Origin: Takakia lepidozioides
Taxonomy: Eukaryota; Plantae; Bryophyta
Direction: 5' to 3'
Assembly: GCA_030704615.1 (NCBI GenBank)
Contig: CM060732.1
Span: forward strand, 14,942,001-15,006,000
Length of the DNA stretch: 64,000 bases
Shown: one piece after another, positions 51,301-63,100 of the stretch
How the letters are laid out: each line of letters begins with the position of its first letter
Numbering within the stretch: the stretch's first letter is position 1
Translations under genes and position numbers: made by a program
Notes under the pieces: model-generated
The model's database searches: none
Told to the model about the DNA's origin: nothing
The model's input: the letters and a program-made list of their open reading frames with translations, nothing else

Positions 51301-53360
51301 ATTCTAAGCTGTTTCCGAAGGCTGACATCAATTTGGTTCTTCGCATTTCAAACTCCTTCTTTATTGCAGCTTCCACACCCTTTGATGTCCTTAGTTCTTC
51401 TGGTGTAGTGCGGTAATATTCGGATTTTCCCTTCTCAGCTGCCTCTGCCAGTTCTTGCTGCATTCATTCAAGTAGTGATTAGCTCCGAAGGGACTACAAA
51501 CATGTATTCGAAAAGTAAACAGAGTACAGACTCGGGCTTACCGCATACATGTACTCCAGAAACGCCTCTCGTGTCAAAGAATACCAAGTGCCTGCAGCTC
51601 TTCCTGTTTCGCACTTCTTGATGATATTGGGTGGTAGTACTGTCCGAAAATCATCCAGCTTCATCAGACCAATCGAATTCGGAATAGTGTGTGAACCAAG
51701 CTTGTTGTCACATGCGATTTCTCTGTCGATCTGCAAAAACATTGGAAACATTGCATTCCTTAACACTGTTTTTTGAGAATTAATAAGACACTACAGAGGG
51801 AATGAAATCTCCTAGATGACTTACTTGTTCATGTCGTGCATAGCTGTAAGAAGCCTAGCGATGTCGTTTCCAGGATCCAAAACCATTGCCTCCACAGCAA
51901 CATGCTTGTCTTTGTCTTTCGAATGGTGTTTCTGAATGTATCCCATCCATGCCAGCAATCGGTGGTTGCCGTCCCAGACGTAGAACATGTGGTTGCAGAA
52001 TTGCTGGGTGTTCTTTCCCATCATGAGGCCCAGCTCGAACTCCTCATTGGCATCTTTCTAGCACTCATCCCAGTTATCACTGATCTCTGGAGACACTAAT
52101 GTGCTTTTCCCATTTATATCCGTCAGTGACACATAAAAAACTTGTGCACCAAGTCTATATCCATGCACAAAATCACTCTCCAATTTTGTTATGTCATGGG
52201 AAAGAGGTGGACGCACAACAGGCATTGATATCATCCGGCACAGAGGTATGTCCAGACGCCCTCCAGATACGAGCATGTCCCTTATAACCTCCTGAGAGTT
52301 TACCTTCTGGAATGACATGAGTTCTTTCACCTTGTCAAGGTAGTGCACTTCGGATTCATCTGCTTCATCTGTATTCTCTGAGCTTTTTGCGGACTCGTCC
52401 CCATCTCCAGATCCTTTCCCCTCTGATCCTGTAGGCTTCGACCTCACAGTTTTCTGCACGATGCCATTCAGTTCTGACTGAGTGATTTGCAAATAGTGAA
52501 TGGCGGTAACGACCATCACTCTTTCTCAAAGAAACTCACCATGAATGGTGTGAAAGAATTCAGCACAATCTACACAAGCAAAGCTGATACTGCCGTATTC
52601 AAAACAAAAGCGAGAGCGATAGCGAACGGCGTTAACGACAATCACAACAGATAACGACCTGCCGGATCGGTGTTGTGTAATGACATACATGTGTAACTGA
52701 TTGGCGGCAACGACATTCAGTGTAGTTTAGGGGGATAGTAAGTGCAGACTCTCTCTTCAAACACATAGGTACATAAATCTCATGAGGAGAATCGAATGGC
52801 GTTAACGACGCTGCAATTCAGTAGTTCCTGCTAAAGAAGGGAAGAGGAAGGACTCCTTGAAAGGCAATCAGACTGACTGTATGATCTGAACACCAGTGAA
52901 TGACTGTACCGATAGTCACCAACTCATTGTGCTGTAACCCTTCGCAGAGGAGTAGAAAGCAAATCACCTTTGTGATTGTCGGTAGCGACAATCCCTGTCT
53001 GGGACATTCCACTCAATCTCTACGCATATCTTCAACAATGAAATGTAAGTTAGATAAAACTTACTGGCACCTTCTTAGGTTTGAAATTTGATCCCCTTCT
53101 GCAGCTTTCCTCTTCCCTCTCACATCTGCTGGAATTTCTGTCTGCGCTAGGGTTTCTTGACCTTCTCCCGGTTCGGCGTTCCGCGTGCTTCCACCTTCTT
53201 CAGTGTCCCTGCGAATCATCTCTGCCTCCACAGGCTGGCGCACTCTTATCGCCGACTGTGTCACAGCCGCTGCCTCAGTCTCCGTCTGCTCTTGTGAATC
53301 AGTCTCCGCGTTCACCTGCTGCCTTGGCCCTGTGTTCTCCAACAAACGACGCCTCGTCAT
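48325..53360 (-). pseudogene. Spliced accessory gene: ParB/Srx-like N-terminal domain plus amino(N4/N6)-methyltransferase-like C-terminal domain, 3'-truncated
   Basis: ParB-like: IPLCRMISMPVVRP...ITKLESDFVHGY...FYVS...FYVWDGNHRLLAW (52270-51950). MTase-like: ADIVILDIPDG...WN...VFGFCNNFLSDAGTLLLF...GFEVLRTW (48960-48700). In-frame TAG at 52058. Exon boundaries are approximate. Confidence 0.6.
49903..52995. repeat. Two clusters of a 24-bp palindrome GTGAATG(T/G)CGT(C/T)AACG(A/C)CATTCAC
   Basis: Copies start at 49903, 50009, 50170, 50277, 50484 and 50605, with degenerate copies at 52496, 52622, 52697, 52792 and 52972. Confidence 0.9.
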
Positions 53361-54212
53361 TTTCTCTCTTGCTCTGCGTCTCTCTCTAAGGGAAGTAAAA
53401 TAAAGAGACTTTCTTCTCTTTGTATTCTAGAAGGAACCCTCTCCAGCTTGACTACCACTCTCCCTCTAAGCGCGAAAAGCAGAAAAACGCAGTGACTCCC
53501 GATTTCTTGCGGGATTGCCTGCGTTCTTGCGTGTCTCTAGAAGCATCGGATTCCCTCCCGCGTGACCGTTACACATAGTCGTTCCCTTATTAGTGCACAT
53601 GCCAGCAATTGGTGTACAGCTGTTCGTATTCAGTTATGGATGTCTGACGTGTGTCGCCCAAAAAAAACGGCGTGTTCTTTATTAGAACGGTTCAATATTT
53701 AAAAATAACAGCGAATCCAAGAAATCTTGGCGCACAGTCTTAGACAAATATATGTAAATGAACGAGAGTTTGATGACAAATTTTGGGAATATATACACGG
53801 TCATCCTTGTTAGCCAACCCCACTTCGTTTCACATTTTGAACTTTCCAGGTGCGCATGAACATTGGTAGTAGTATAAAGATACATTTACTTAATCTGCAA
53901 TCCCATTCTCAGATCCTGTGACATGCTTCCAGGAAGTCGGCTTTGTTGTTGGGTTTATTGATGAGGTTCTGGTTAACGGTTTTACAGCTGCCGACACTGC
54001 ACCTAGGGATACTCTGACCACTGGGCCCACAAGAAAAGTAATTAAAATGGACGGCTGCATATCTGGAAAGAATAACATAATATGCACAGTCGTTATCTGA
54101 GCTTCCTCCGCCATATTCTCTGCTCATTCTTCAACTGTGTTCTGGAGACAGCAGTAAACCGATTTACACTAGATCTGTGATAGCAAGGTACAAACGTACG
54201 CGAGGAAGGAAG

Positions 54213-57200
54213 ATGGCTTCCTCTGAAGCGGAGTTCTTCTCTGACGACAAACCAGTGCCGTTCTCCCACAAAGTCCTTGACAATGGATTTGCAATTGTTC
54301 TGGAACATATCTTGGCTACCCGTTTTCAGCTGCAGAATGGCTCCATCTTTTTGGAGAAAGAGGTGTACGATCTTAAAGGGAAGTTGGTGAAATATTCTTT
54401 CCAAAACCGTGATGAGACGGCTCATATCAGCCAGTGGAGAGTGCGTCCTGGTCGATACAGAGTACTTGGAGAGCCTCGGCGAAAGTCCCTTGGGTCATAT
54501 GTGACGCCCGGGACTGCTGCTTCGGTCGTTGAAGACAAGAGGGAGGTGGTGGTGAAAAAAGAACAGACGTCCTCCACTCCAATCGTTGAGCTTTCGGATT
54601 CTTCCGATGATGACATAAGTGAAATTCCAAATCCAGTCCTTCCTACTGTGGTTGGAGAAGCTGATGAAGAAGAGATTTGTAGTGTCATTCCAAAATTGCG
54701 GGCGATGGGAGGAATGGCTGGATTCAAAAGTGAGTTGCGGGGAATTGATTGGGAATCTTTGAAGCAGGTGCCTGTGAAGTTCTTGCCGGAGACTTTTGAT
54801 GGCGATATCCTATTCGAGCTGCCTCCTCCTCCGCGAGTTGGAGGTGTAACAATCATGATGCATGGAATGGACAAGAAACACGACGGGCACCCGTGGTGCA
54901 GAACAAAAACATCCAATATTCAGAATGATGACAAGCTTGTTTTCAGGAGGACAGTTTGCAATGGACACCTTAGGTGTGATAATTTGAATTGCAGACACTT
55001 TCTTCAGTCTGGGGTTCATAATCAAAGCGAATGGGAGGGTCTGGCGGAAAATCCATTTCAGCCTGGGACTGCCCCTCCACCGGCAAACACTTTCGTCTGC
55101 AAATTCTGCAAACTTGTGCCATCCTGTTTGGCGCTCTGCGGAGCAAGAATGTACTATGTTGTCCACCGTTTGAATACAATGACGAGAGCTTGTGTGCATT
55201 TTGGATTCCATAACCATCATGTCTCGAAGGGGATTACAGGGAGAGTGTTGAGACAGTATCGAGGTTGATCAAACAGGAGTTCGGGAGAAACCCATCCGCA
55301 ACAACATCTGCAATTGCTCTTGGCGCAAGCAAGTCCTTCTTGGAAAGCCATATTTTGAGTGAAGGAGATTCTGTGGGGACTAAACTTGACGGTGCAGCAT
55401 TGGACCTGGTCATGGATCATTTCTCCACTTTAAGTTCACCTAACATTCGGCATCAGATCAATGCATTGAGAATGGGCTCTGGGATCAGAGGCTACATAGA
55501 CAATATTTTGGAATTGAAACGAGTGAGCAAGTACGATTACATCCAGGACAATGTATTCCCAGGTCAAGGTGCCATCAAAGTTTTTCTTTTCAAAATGTCG
55601 ACTGTTGGGGAGGGCAGTGGGGTTAGCCTCGTGAAGCGGATGCAGAAGACTGGGACTTGCAGAACTGTTTTCTTATGTTTGATCATGTGAAACGAGTGAA
55701 GGATTGGACGACAATGGCTTGTCATGTCTACGATCCAGTGTACCAACGAGTTATGACAATTGCAGTTTGTGACATGCAATCCGAGGATACGGAATCCCAG
55801 AAGCTCATGTGGAATTCCCTGATACGTGTCATGGGCTGCCATGGGCTGCCATCTCCAAATTTCGCAGGTTTCATGGCGGATAGTGCTCAAGCAAATTTCA
55901 ATGCTGTTCGTATTGTCTTCGGATCGGGCGACCCAAAAGTGCCTATGCCAGGAAGAGAGCGTACATGTCTATTCCATTGGACACAATCTCTGGAAAAACA
56001 TACAAAGTCGGACATCAAACCAGAGATGCAGACTCAACACCGTAAAATGTGCAAAGAGTACAAAGATGCTAGAACAATGAAGGAGGCGGACACTTTGTTC
56101 CAGACAATTCGTGCCTGGTGGTTCTCTTCTGGAGCTGCATCACTTGAGAGTATGAGAGCATTGGAAGATTGGCTGGCGTTTTGGCACTTCCGGTATAGAC
56201 AGTGGGGAGCAGCCATGACAATGGTACGAGGCTTCTATTTCATGCTTTATTCATACATTTGCTTTCCATATTTTGACTCATTGCTTTCTTTATGTTGTTT
56301 CCTGTGCACTGTTCTGAAGTGTGGTTATCCTCTTTGCAGAACATGTCCATTGAGGAAATGGCGGACATGCCATCTTGCAATTTGGCAGAAACTGTGCACA
56401 ACGCATGGTTGCAGCAGTCTGGGAAACGAGGTCGGGATTTGTATGTGGCAACAACAGATGATTTGATACGTGCCTTGCAACAACAAACCCGATACCGTGA
56501 TTTCTTACGAGGTGGGGTTGGTGGCAAGGGTCCGGACAAATGGGAGTTGATGTTGCGTGCTGCAAACAGATCTGGGGATCCAATCAAGATAGCACGGGCG
56601 GTGAGCATGTATGCCCAGGGAACGCCACTTGTTTCTAGAGTTCCACATCTTGAAGGGGAGGAGAGATTCGGCTCCTGTAAGAGGAAATTGAACACTCCAC
56701 CTGGTTCGGATTCAGATTCCCACAGGGCAGACCGTGATAACTTCTCGAAGCCTCGTGTTCCCCTGCATGACAGCTCCATGTCCGGAACCTCCATTGTGGA
56801 GGAACCTCCAACACGACGGCAAGCTCCAGCATCAAACAGTGCCACTGAAATGGTGCAGGAGAGAAACAACCCCCTTGATGTGCTTGAGTCCGCATGCCCC
56901 GACCACGTTTGGCACATAGAACGCACAAGTGTAGGGTCTCGTGTGAAATGTACAGCGATCAGGGCAACTAATTTCGAGAAGTGCACTTCATCTATATCCA
57001 GAGGTGGTGCCCGAACTCCTGCTCCGACTTTCACGGGCTTGATGCGTCCATACGGTCAACCAGAAGCCAAGAACCACAAGTTCTGGTTCTGCGCAGATGA
57101 TTGTGCCAGATGTGTGCATGGAACTGTGCGTCCTTCCGTAGTGATGAAGCCATCCTCCAACCGTTTGGCCCGTGAAGGTGGGAACACATCTCAGCTTTCA

Positions 57201-57722
57201 GGAGATTGAAATGCTAGAGGAGGCAGGTTTTTCCCTTGCGAGACAACCCCAACTCCATGCATGTGCTACTACTTCTGCGTCCTCTCGGGTCCCCCGACAA
57301 ATCCTGACTTGTGGCCAACCAAACGAGATGGAAAGCTCGTTCGGCGTTTCCCTCCAACCGCTGAACACTTTGGCAAAGTGGAGTCCGCAAGAATGCTCCA
57401 AGCTCGTGTTGGAAGCACCATGGAAGTACCCGATCCAGGATATGGTCGGGTATTCACAATCATCACTTCCACATTTGCTGTTCATGACAGGACCTACGAC
57501 ATCACGGTTTCCAATTTCCCCAATTGCACATGTCCTGATTTTGTGAATATGCTATCAACCAGTTTGGGCAAGAGAGGTAAATTCATACCCTGCAAACATT
57601 TGTATTTCATATTTTTGAGGAGGATGGTTTGCGATCCCAAACGTGACAACTTCATTCACCAGGCCACTATGAGTTTCAACGAGGTCGATACTCTTTTGCA
57701 GCGGGATACAACACATGGGTAG
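54213..57722 (+). pseudogene. Mutator-like transposase: GCM-like Zn domain, DDE, SWIM; frameshifts near 55245, 55660 and 57165; intron 56224-56339
   Basis: DGHPWCRT...CNGHLRCDNLNC...CKFC...CGAR...HFGFHNH; candidate catalytic residues in MFDHV (D), FMADSAQA (D) and CNLAETVHNAW (E); CLFHW (CxxH); SWIM CTCPDF...CKH. Confidence 0.8.
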
Positions 57723-58371
57723 CATGAACTATGTAATGTGGTATGTGGATGACCATGATTTGAAATGTGTAATTCACATCAATTCGTCGGCTGTGCAATG
57801 ATATGGCCTCCAACTATACGGAGTCAGCTCTGAGTGACAACTTTTAGGTAGTGCACATTTGTCATTGCACCGTTCGAAGTCTACATGTCTTGCTGTCGCT
57901 ATGCACTACAATCATCTTTTGAAGATGATCCTAACTCTCATTGTTATTTGAGGAGGGAGGAAGGTCTTCCCGTGGCAGCCTTTATGGCGCACACTTTGTG
58001 AGGATATTTTGTCGTCCTCGTAATTGTAAAAGTGAAACAAGCATTTGTAATTGCACACTGTTGGATGCTGCAATTGTAGGCCTCAATGCTCGTCTTGATT
58101 CTATTTAGGCAAGATTCCCTGCATTAATTCCACGGTCATAGGACCATCCACGGTTATTGGCGGCGCATGTTAATGGTGACGTGGCAGATGACGGACAGTG
58201 CCATGTCATCATTTACCGCCACATCAGCATGCTGACATGACGCTCACGCCACCAGCGTGTGTGCAGGCTCACGCCACGTCAGCTGGCGTGAGCGTACGCT
58301 CACGCCACGTCACTCCTGCGTGAGCGTACGCTCGCGCACTCACGCGCAACGCTCACGCCATTGCGTCGTTG

Positions 58372-59942
58372 CAAAGAGAGTATTTGACAACATGGCTGAA
58401 CGGGATGTGGTGTCGTGGAATGCGATGATCACAGGATATGCCCAGCATGGGTGTGGGATGGAGGCTTTGGGGACCTATGAGCAAAAGATGCAGAAGCATT
58501 CAACAAAATGCCTCAACGATCTTGATCACGTGGAATATAATATTGGCAGGATTTACCAAGCATGGGTGTGGTAGGAATGCTTTTGAGACCTATGAGCAGA
58601 TTCTGCGCAAAGGGGTGAAGCCCAACCACATCAGATTTGTTTGTGTTTGCAACAAGCCTGGCAGCCCTGGAAAAGGGCAAAGAGGTGCATGGTTGCATTG
58701 CCAAAGCTGGAATTGTACCAGATGTGATTCTGAACAATACCCTTGTAGACATGTATGCCAAATGTGGGAGCATCGAGGATGTGGAGGGAGTGTTCAACAA
58801 TATGGCTGAACGAGATTTGGTGTCATGGAACGCCATGCTTGTAGGATATGCACAGCAGGGGGGCGGGATGGAGGCCTGGGGGAAGGGGTGAAGCCCGACC
58901 ACATCACGTTTGTGTACGTTTGCAATGCGTGTGCAAGCCTGGCAGCCCTGGAAAAGGGCAAAGAGGTTCATGGTGACATCATCAAAGCTGGAATTGTACC
59001 AAATGTCATTATGGACACTACCCTGGTTCACTTGTATGCAAAATGTGAGTGCAATGAGGATGCAAAGGGAGTATTTGACAATATGGCTGAATGAAATGTG
59101 GTGTCGTGGAATGTGATGATTGCAGGATATGCCCAACATGGTTGTCATAGGGAGGTCCTGCAACTATTTGAAGGAATGCAAAAGAAAGGCTTGAAGCCGG
59201 ACAGAATCACCTTTATATGTGTTCTCTCTGCCTACAGCCACACTGACCTACTGAATGAAGGAAGATGCTACTTTGATTCCCTGAGTGAAGATCATGGTAT
59301 CAGTATGACAGTAAAGCACTTTGGCTGCATGGTGGACCTTCTTGGATGTGCGGGACAACTGGATGAGGTAGTGGACCTGATTAATAAAATGTCAATCAAT
59401 CCAGATGTTGTGGTGTGGAAGGCCTTGCTTGATGCCTGTAGAATCCATGGCAATGTGGAGATGGCTGAATGTGTGGCAATATCTATCCTCAAGTGGGATG
59501 AACAGGATGCCACGACTTATGTGGTGCTATATCAAACATCCATGCTGCAGCTGGCAGGTGGGATGATACTGCAAATGTGAGAAGAATGATGAAGGTCAGA
59601 GGGGTTAGAAAGGAGCCAGATTGCATCCCAGAATTAAGGAAATCCATGCTGAGCTGAGAAGATTGTTTGGGCAGATGAAGGAGGCGGGGTATGTGCCTGA
59701 CGCACGTTTTTTATTACATGATGTGGAGGAAAGGAATTTTCTCTTAGCCACCACAGTGAGAAGCTGGCCATTGGTTTTGGGCTGATCAGCACGACTCATC
59801 AAGAATCTTTGAGTGTGTGGAGACTGCCACACCTCCACCAAATTCATCTCAAAGATTGTTGGCCGAGCAATTGTTGTATGGGACGCTAACTACTTTCCAC
59901 CACTTTGAAGATGGGATTTGTTCTTGTGGTGATTACTGGTGA
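58372..59942 (+). pseudogene. PLS-E-DYW PPR pseudogene (RNA-editing factor type)
   Basis: PLS repeats, HFGCMVDLLG, WKALLDACRIHGN, GYVPD, HSEKLA, CGDCH and terminal CSCGDYW*. Internal stops, deletions and frameshifts. Confidence 0.9.
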
Positions 59943-60119
59943 AAGGATGTTTTCTTGGAAAGATGCTAGTGTCTTGCTTCATTCATTGATCTGTGTAGCT
60001 ACTCAGACCATCCACCATTTCCTGATAGTGGGGTCTACCTGACATAGGTAGGAAATCAGCCCACAATTGCACTTGACTGAAGGGGTGATTTTTGACTGAT
60101 TCTGGTGATAGTGGATGGA

Positions 60120-63100
60120 AATCTCCTCAACCTTCCCACCCTCTCAGTTGCCAAGCATCTACCACAATCCAGATCCACTTACCATCACCCAACCCTGCCA
60201 CCACTCCATACTGTACCTCTATCCCACTATCTACCACCAAACTCATTCATCCATGGATGTCGTCCATTTATCCTCTTTCCCCCACTCTAGTTAATTATAT
60301 ACTCTCTACCCACCATACACCCATATTAAATTTTTATCCCCATCATGAGAGCTCATGTACAACAAACCTCTTTCATGACCCCCAGACGAACCCACACACT
60401 AACCCACAGGCAATACCTTCCCCCACACACACACAAGCAACTAGCTCCACTAGTACCCACTTTGCTAACACCAACTCTACCCCCCTCATACACTTTCTCC
60501 ACAACTACCCCCACGCACCCCCACCCCTCACCCCCTCAAAATCCAACTTATAACCCACTGCCCACATGGACGATATCACCAGAGACCCCTTGCATCCAAA
60601 CATTCCTATCACCATCCACCATCCCACTTTCAGTCCTATCTACTTGCCTATGAAACGCTTACACTACTTCGTTGCGGTGACATTCACCCAAACCCAGGCC
60701 CCTATACCATCACTAGCATCATCAACAAGCTTCCAAAGGATCATAAAGACAAATATGAATTATACTTCCAAACAGACACTGTCACGCTCGTGCCTGCATA
60801 TCAACACCTTAGTGACCACTTCTCTCCCTTTCTCCCTAACCCTCCTACCAATAACCGTAAACCCACGCACTCAATTGCCACCTTGGGCTCCCTACCTGCG
60901 AACACCCATCCCTAGTCACTGCCACCCATAAACTTAGCACATACCCCCCACAACACCTACTACTCTCACTAATCGTTGTCATCTCTCCAATCCCCTCAAT
61001 ATGCAATGATTACTTTAGAACCCAACCAGACATACACATACGTTTGCTACTACACCAACTGCATGAGCTACCCACACTACCTCACAGATACCTAGCACCC
61101 CCACACTACCTACACAATCTCCACGAATCCCTTGATCTACTACAAGCCAAACCCGGAGTAGTTCACAAGATTCTTGGCGAACACCTAGCGCACCCAGCTG
61201 CTACCTTACACGAGCTAGATACTCTCACCAACAAATTCCCATTCCTTTCCAAAAATATTCTCACTGCAACCCTCCATGCCAAGACAGACATCCCTGGATA
61301 TCAACTCCCTCCCATGATACCGCCACCAGTCATCACACCTTGCTTGCCCAGCCACACCAATGACCCACCTCCAACATCCCCTAGACCCAATAGTCCCCCA
61401 CACGCCCCCTCCTCCTAGCAAGCACACGCACTCAACATACTCACCTGGAATGTAGGGTCACTTGCTACCAGCATTCAAAGCCTTATCCATCTAATGGACT
61501 CTACACCTCCGCATATCATTCTATTACAAGAAACTAAACTCAACACACACGGTCCTAACAGCTCCTACATCAACAATCTCCTTCCAGCCTACTATTTGCT
61601 ATATGGTAGTTCCTTCACAGCCGCACAATGCCTACTTAGACGCTCCGCGCCATATCATCCCACTTGGGGCGGAGTGGCTTTTGGTATCCTTCGCACACAT
61701 CACTCCCCTAGCACCACGGTCAAAATACCTGTTGCTCTCTCCCTCCGATCACACCTTCAAATCATCAAGCTACACCTCCCCGCTATCCCTCCCATTATCC
61801 TTATCCACTTGTACATGCCCTCACATGCCGAAGATCTCCTCCTGATCCCTAATATACTTTTCACCATCTCTAACACACTCACACAACCCTCCAACCAATC
61901 CCAACACTACATCCTAGCAGGCGATTTCAACAGGGACATTGCCCTCATGGGCCACACATACAATGGTGTTCACAAACCTCCATCCCCAATTGACCATGAA
62001 TGGGCAAAATTCACTCACTCACACCACCTCCGTTATATACCGGCCGATCACCATTACTCCAGACAAGGTGGACTTAACTACTCATCCCTCAGTCTTCTTG
62101 ATGGTTTATACTTCAAGACACAAAATGACATCCCCTCATACCTCAATAGTCATGTACACATTAATAGTTTATGCAACTCAGACCATTATCCCGTCTCAGT
62201 CACCATCCCAGCATCCATCATCCCCTTTCGACCTATCCCACCCATACATGTTCCACCGCCGCAATCTAGAATCTTATCCCCACTTCCCCACAATAACATA
62301 ATCGCCTTTCTAAAACACTTCCAGCCAACATCCTTACACCTCATGCTAAGACTCTCCGATATACTCTCCGTAGCAAACCTCAAGCAGTCCCCTGACAAAG
62401 CATGGAACGACGCCGAGACCATACTCACAACCTCAATGCAAGAAATGACCAAAAGTGTGATTGCCACCTGCTCTGCCCCCCCTGAAATCCCACAAACTGC
62501 ACGCTCAAAACAAAATGGTGGCTACCTTACCCGTACTAAAAAACGTATATGGACATCACATCTTAACACATACCACACGATCAGGCGTGCCCTCGCTATT
62601 ATACCCACCACTACCCCCATTCACCAGGGAACAACAGGACATCGGACCCACGTATCACTTGCCTAAATACCTTAACAACGTGTCAAGTACTCATGTCACC
62701 ACCTGCCAATCTTCAAAATATCAAAATGGACAGCTGCTCTCTCCAAAGTTGGCAGAGATGCCAAAAAAGCCGCTTACAATATTACCAAACAAAAAGCCGT
62801 CAACAATCACAAAAAATTCGTCTCCTCTTTTAACCAATTGCTACGCGACCACCCCAAAAAAGCTCACAAAGCCATCTTTAACCCTGCCCTCAACCCACCC
62901 ATTGACTGTCTCAAACACAGACACAGCCACTTGCTAACCAATCCAGCGGACATCAACCAAGAAATATGGTCACAAGCATCCTCAACATACACACCTGCAG
63001 TTCCAAACTGCTTACATTCCCGTCTCTACTCTGCCAATTGCATGTGTAAAGCTAAACACTATCCGTGGCATGATATAGATGGCTTCTCGATTGACAATAG

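Larger units (their letters stand above)
48325..58371. mobile_element. Large Mutator-like element (copy B), left end lost; two divergent genes
   Basis: Right terminus ...gctcacgccattgcgtcgttg abuts PPR sequence. Transposase on plus, accessory gene on minus. The left side breaks into PDF/PPR sequence, so assigning the accessory gene to the element is inferred. Confidence 0.7.

Noticed and set aside
58372-59942. Functional DYW editing factor with stops repaired by RNA editing
   Set aside because: This is a nuclear locus with frameshifts and deletions that base editing cannot repair.
60300-61418. Josephin-like protease at the LINE N-terminus, as reported for algal Dualen
   Set aside because: No catalytic motif is recognisable by eye in the degraded frames; a profile search on a consensus is needed.
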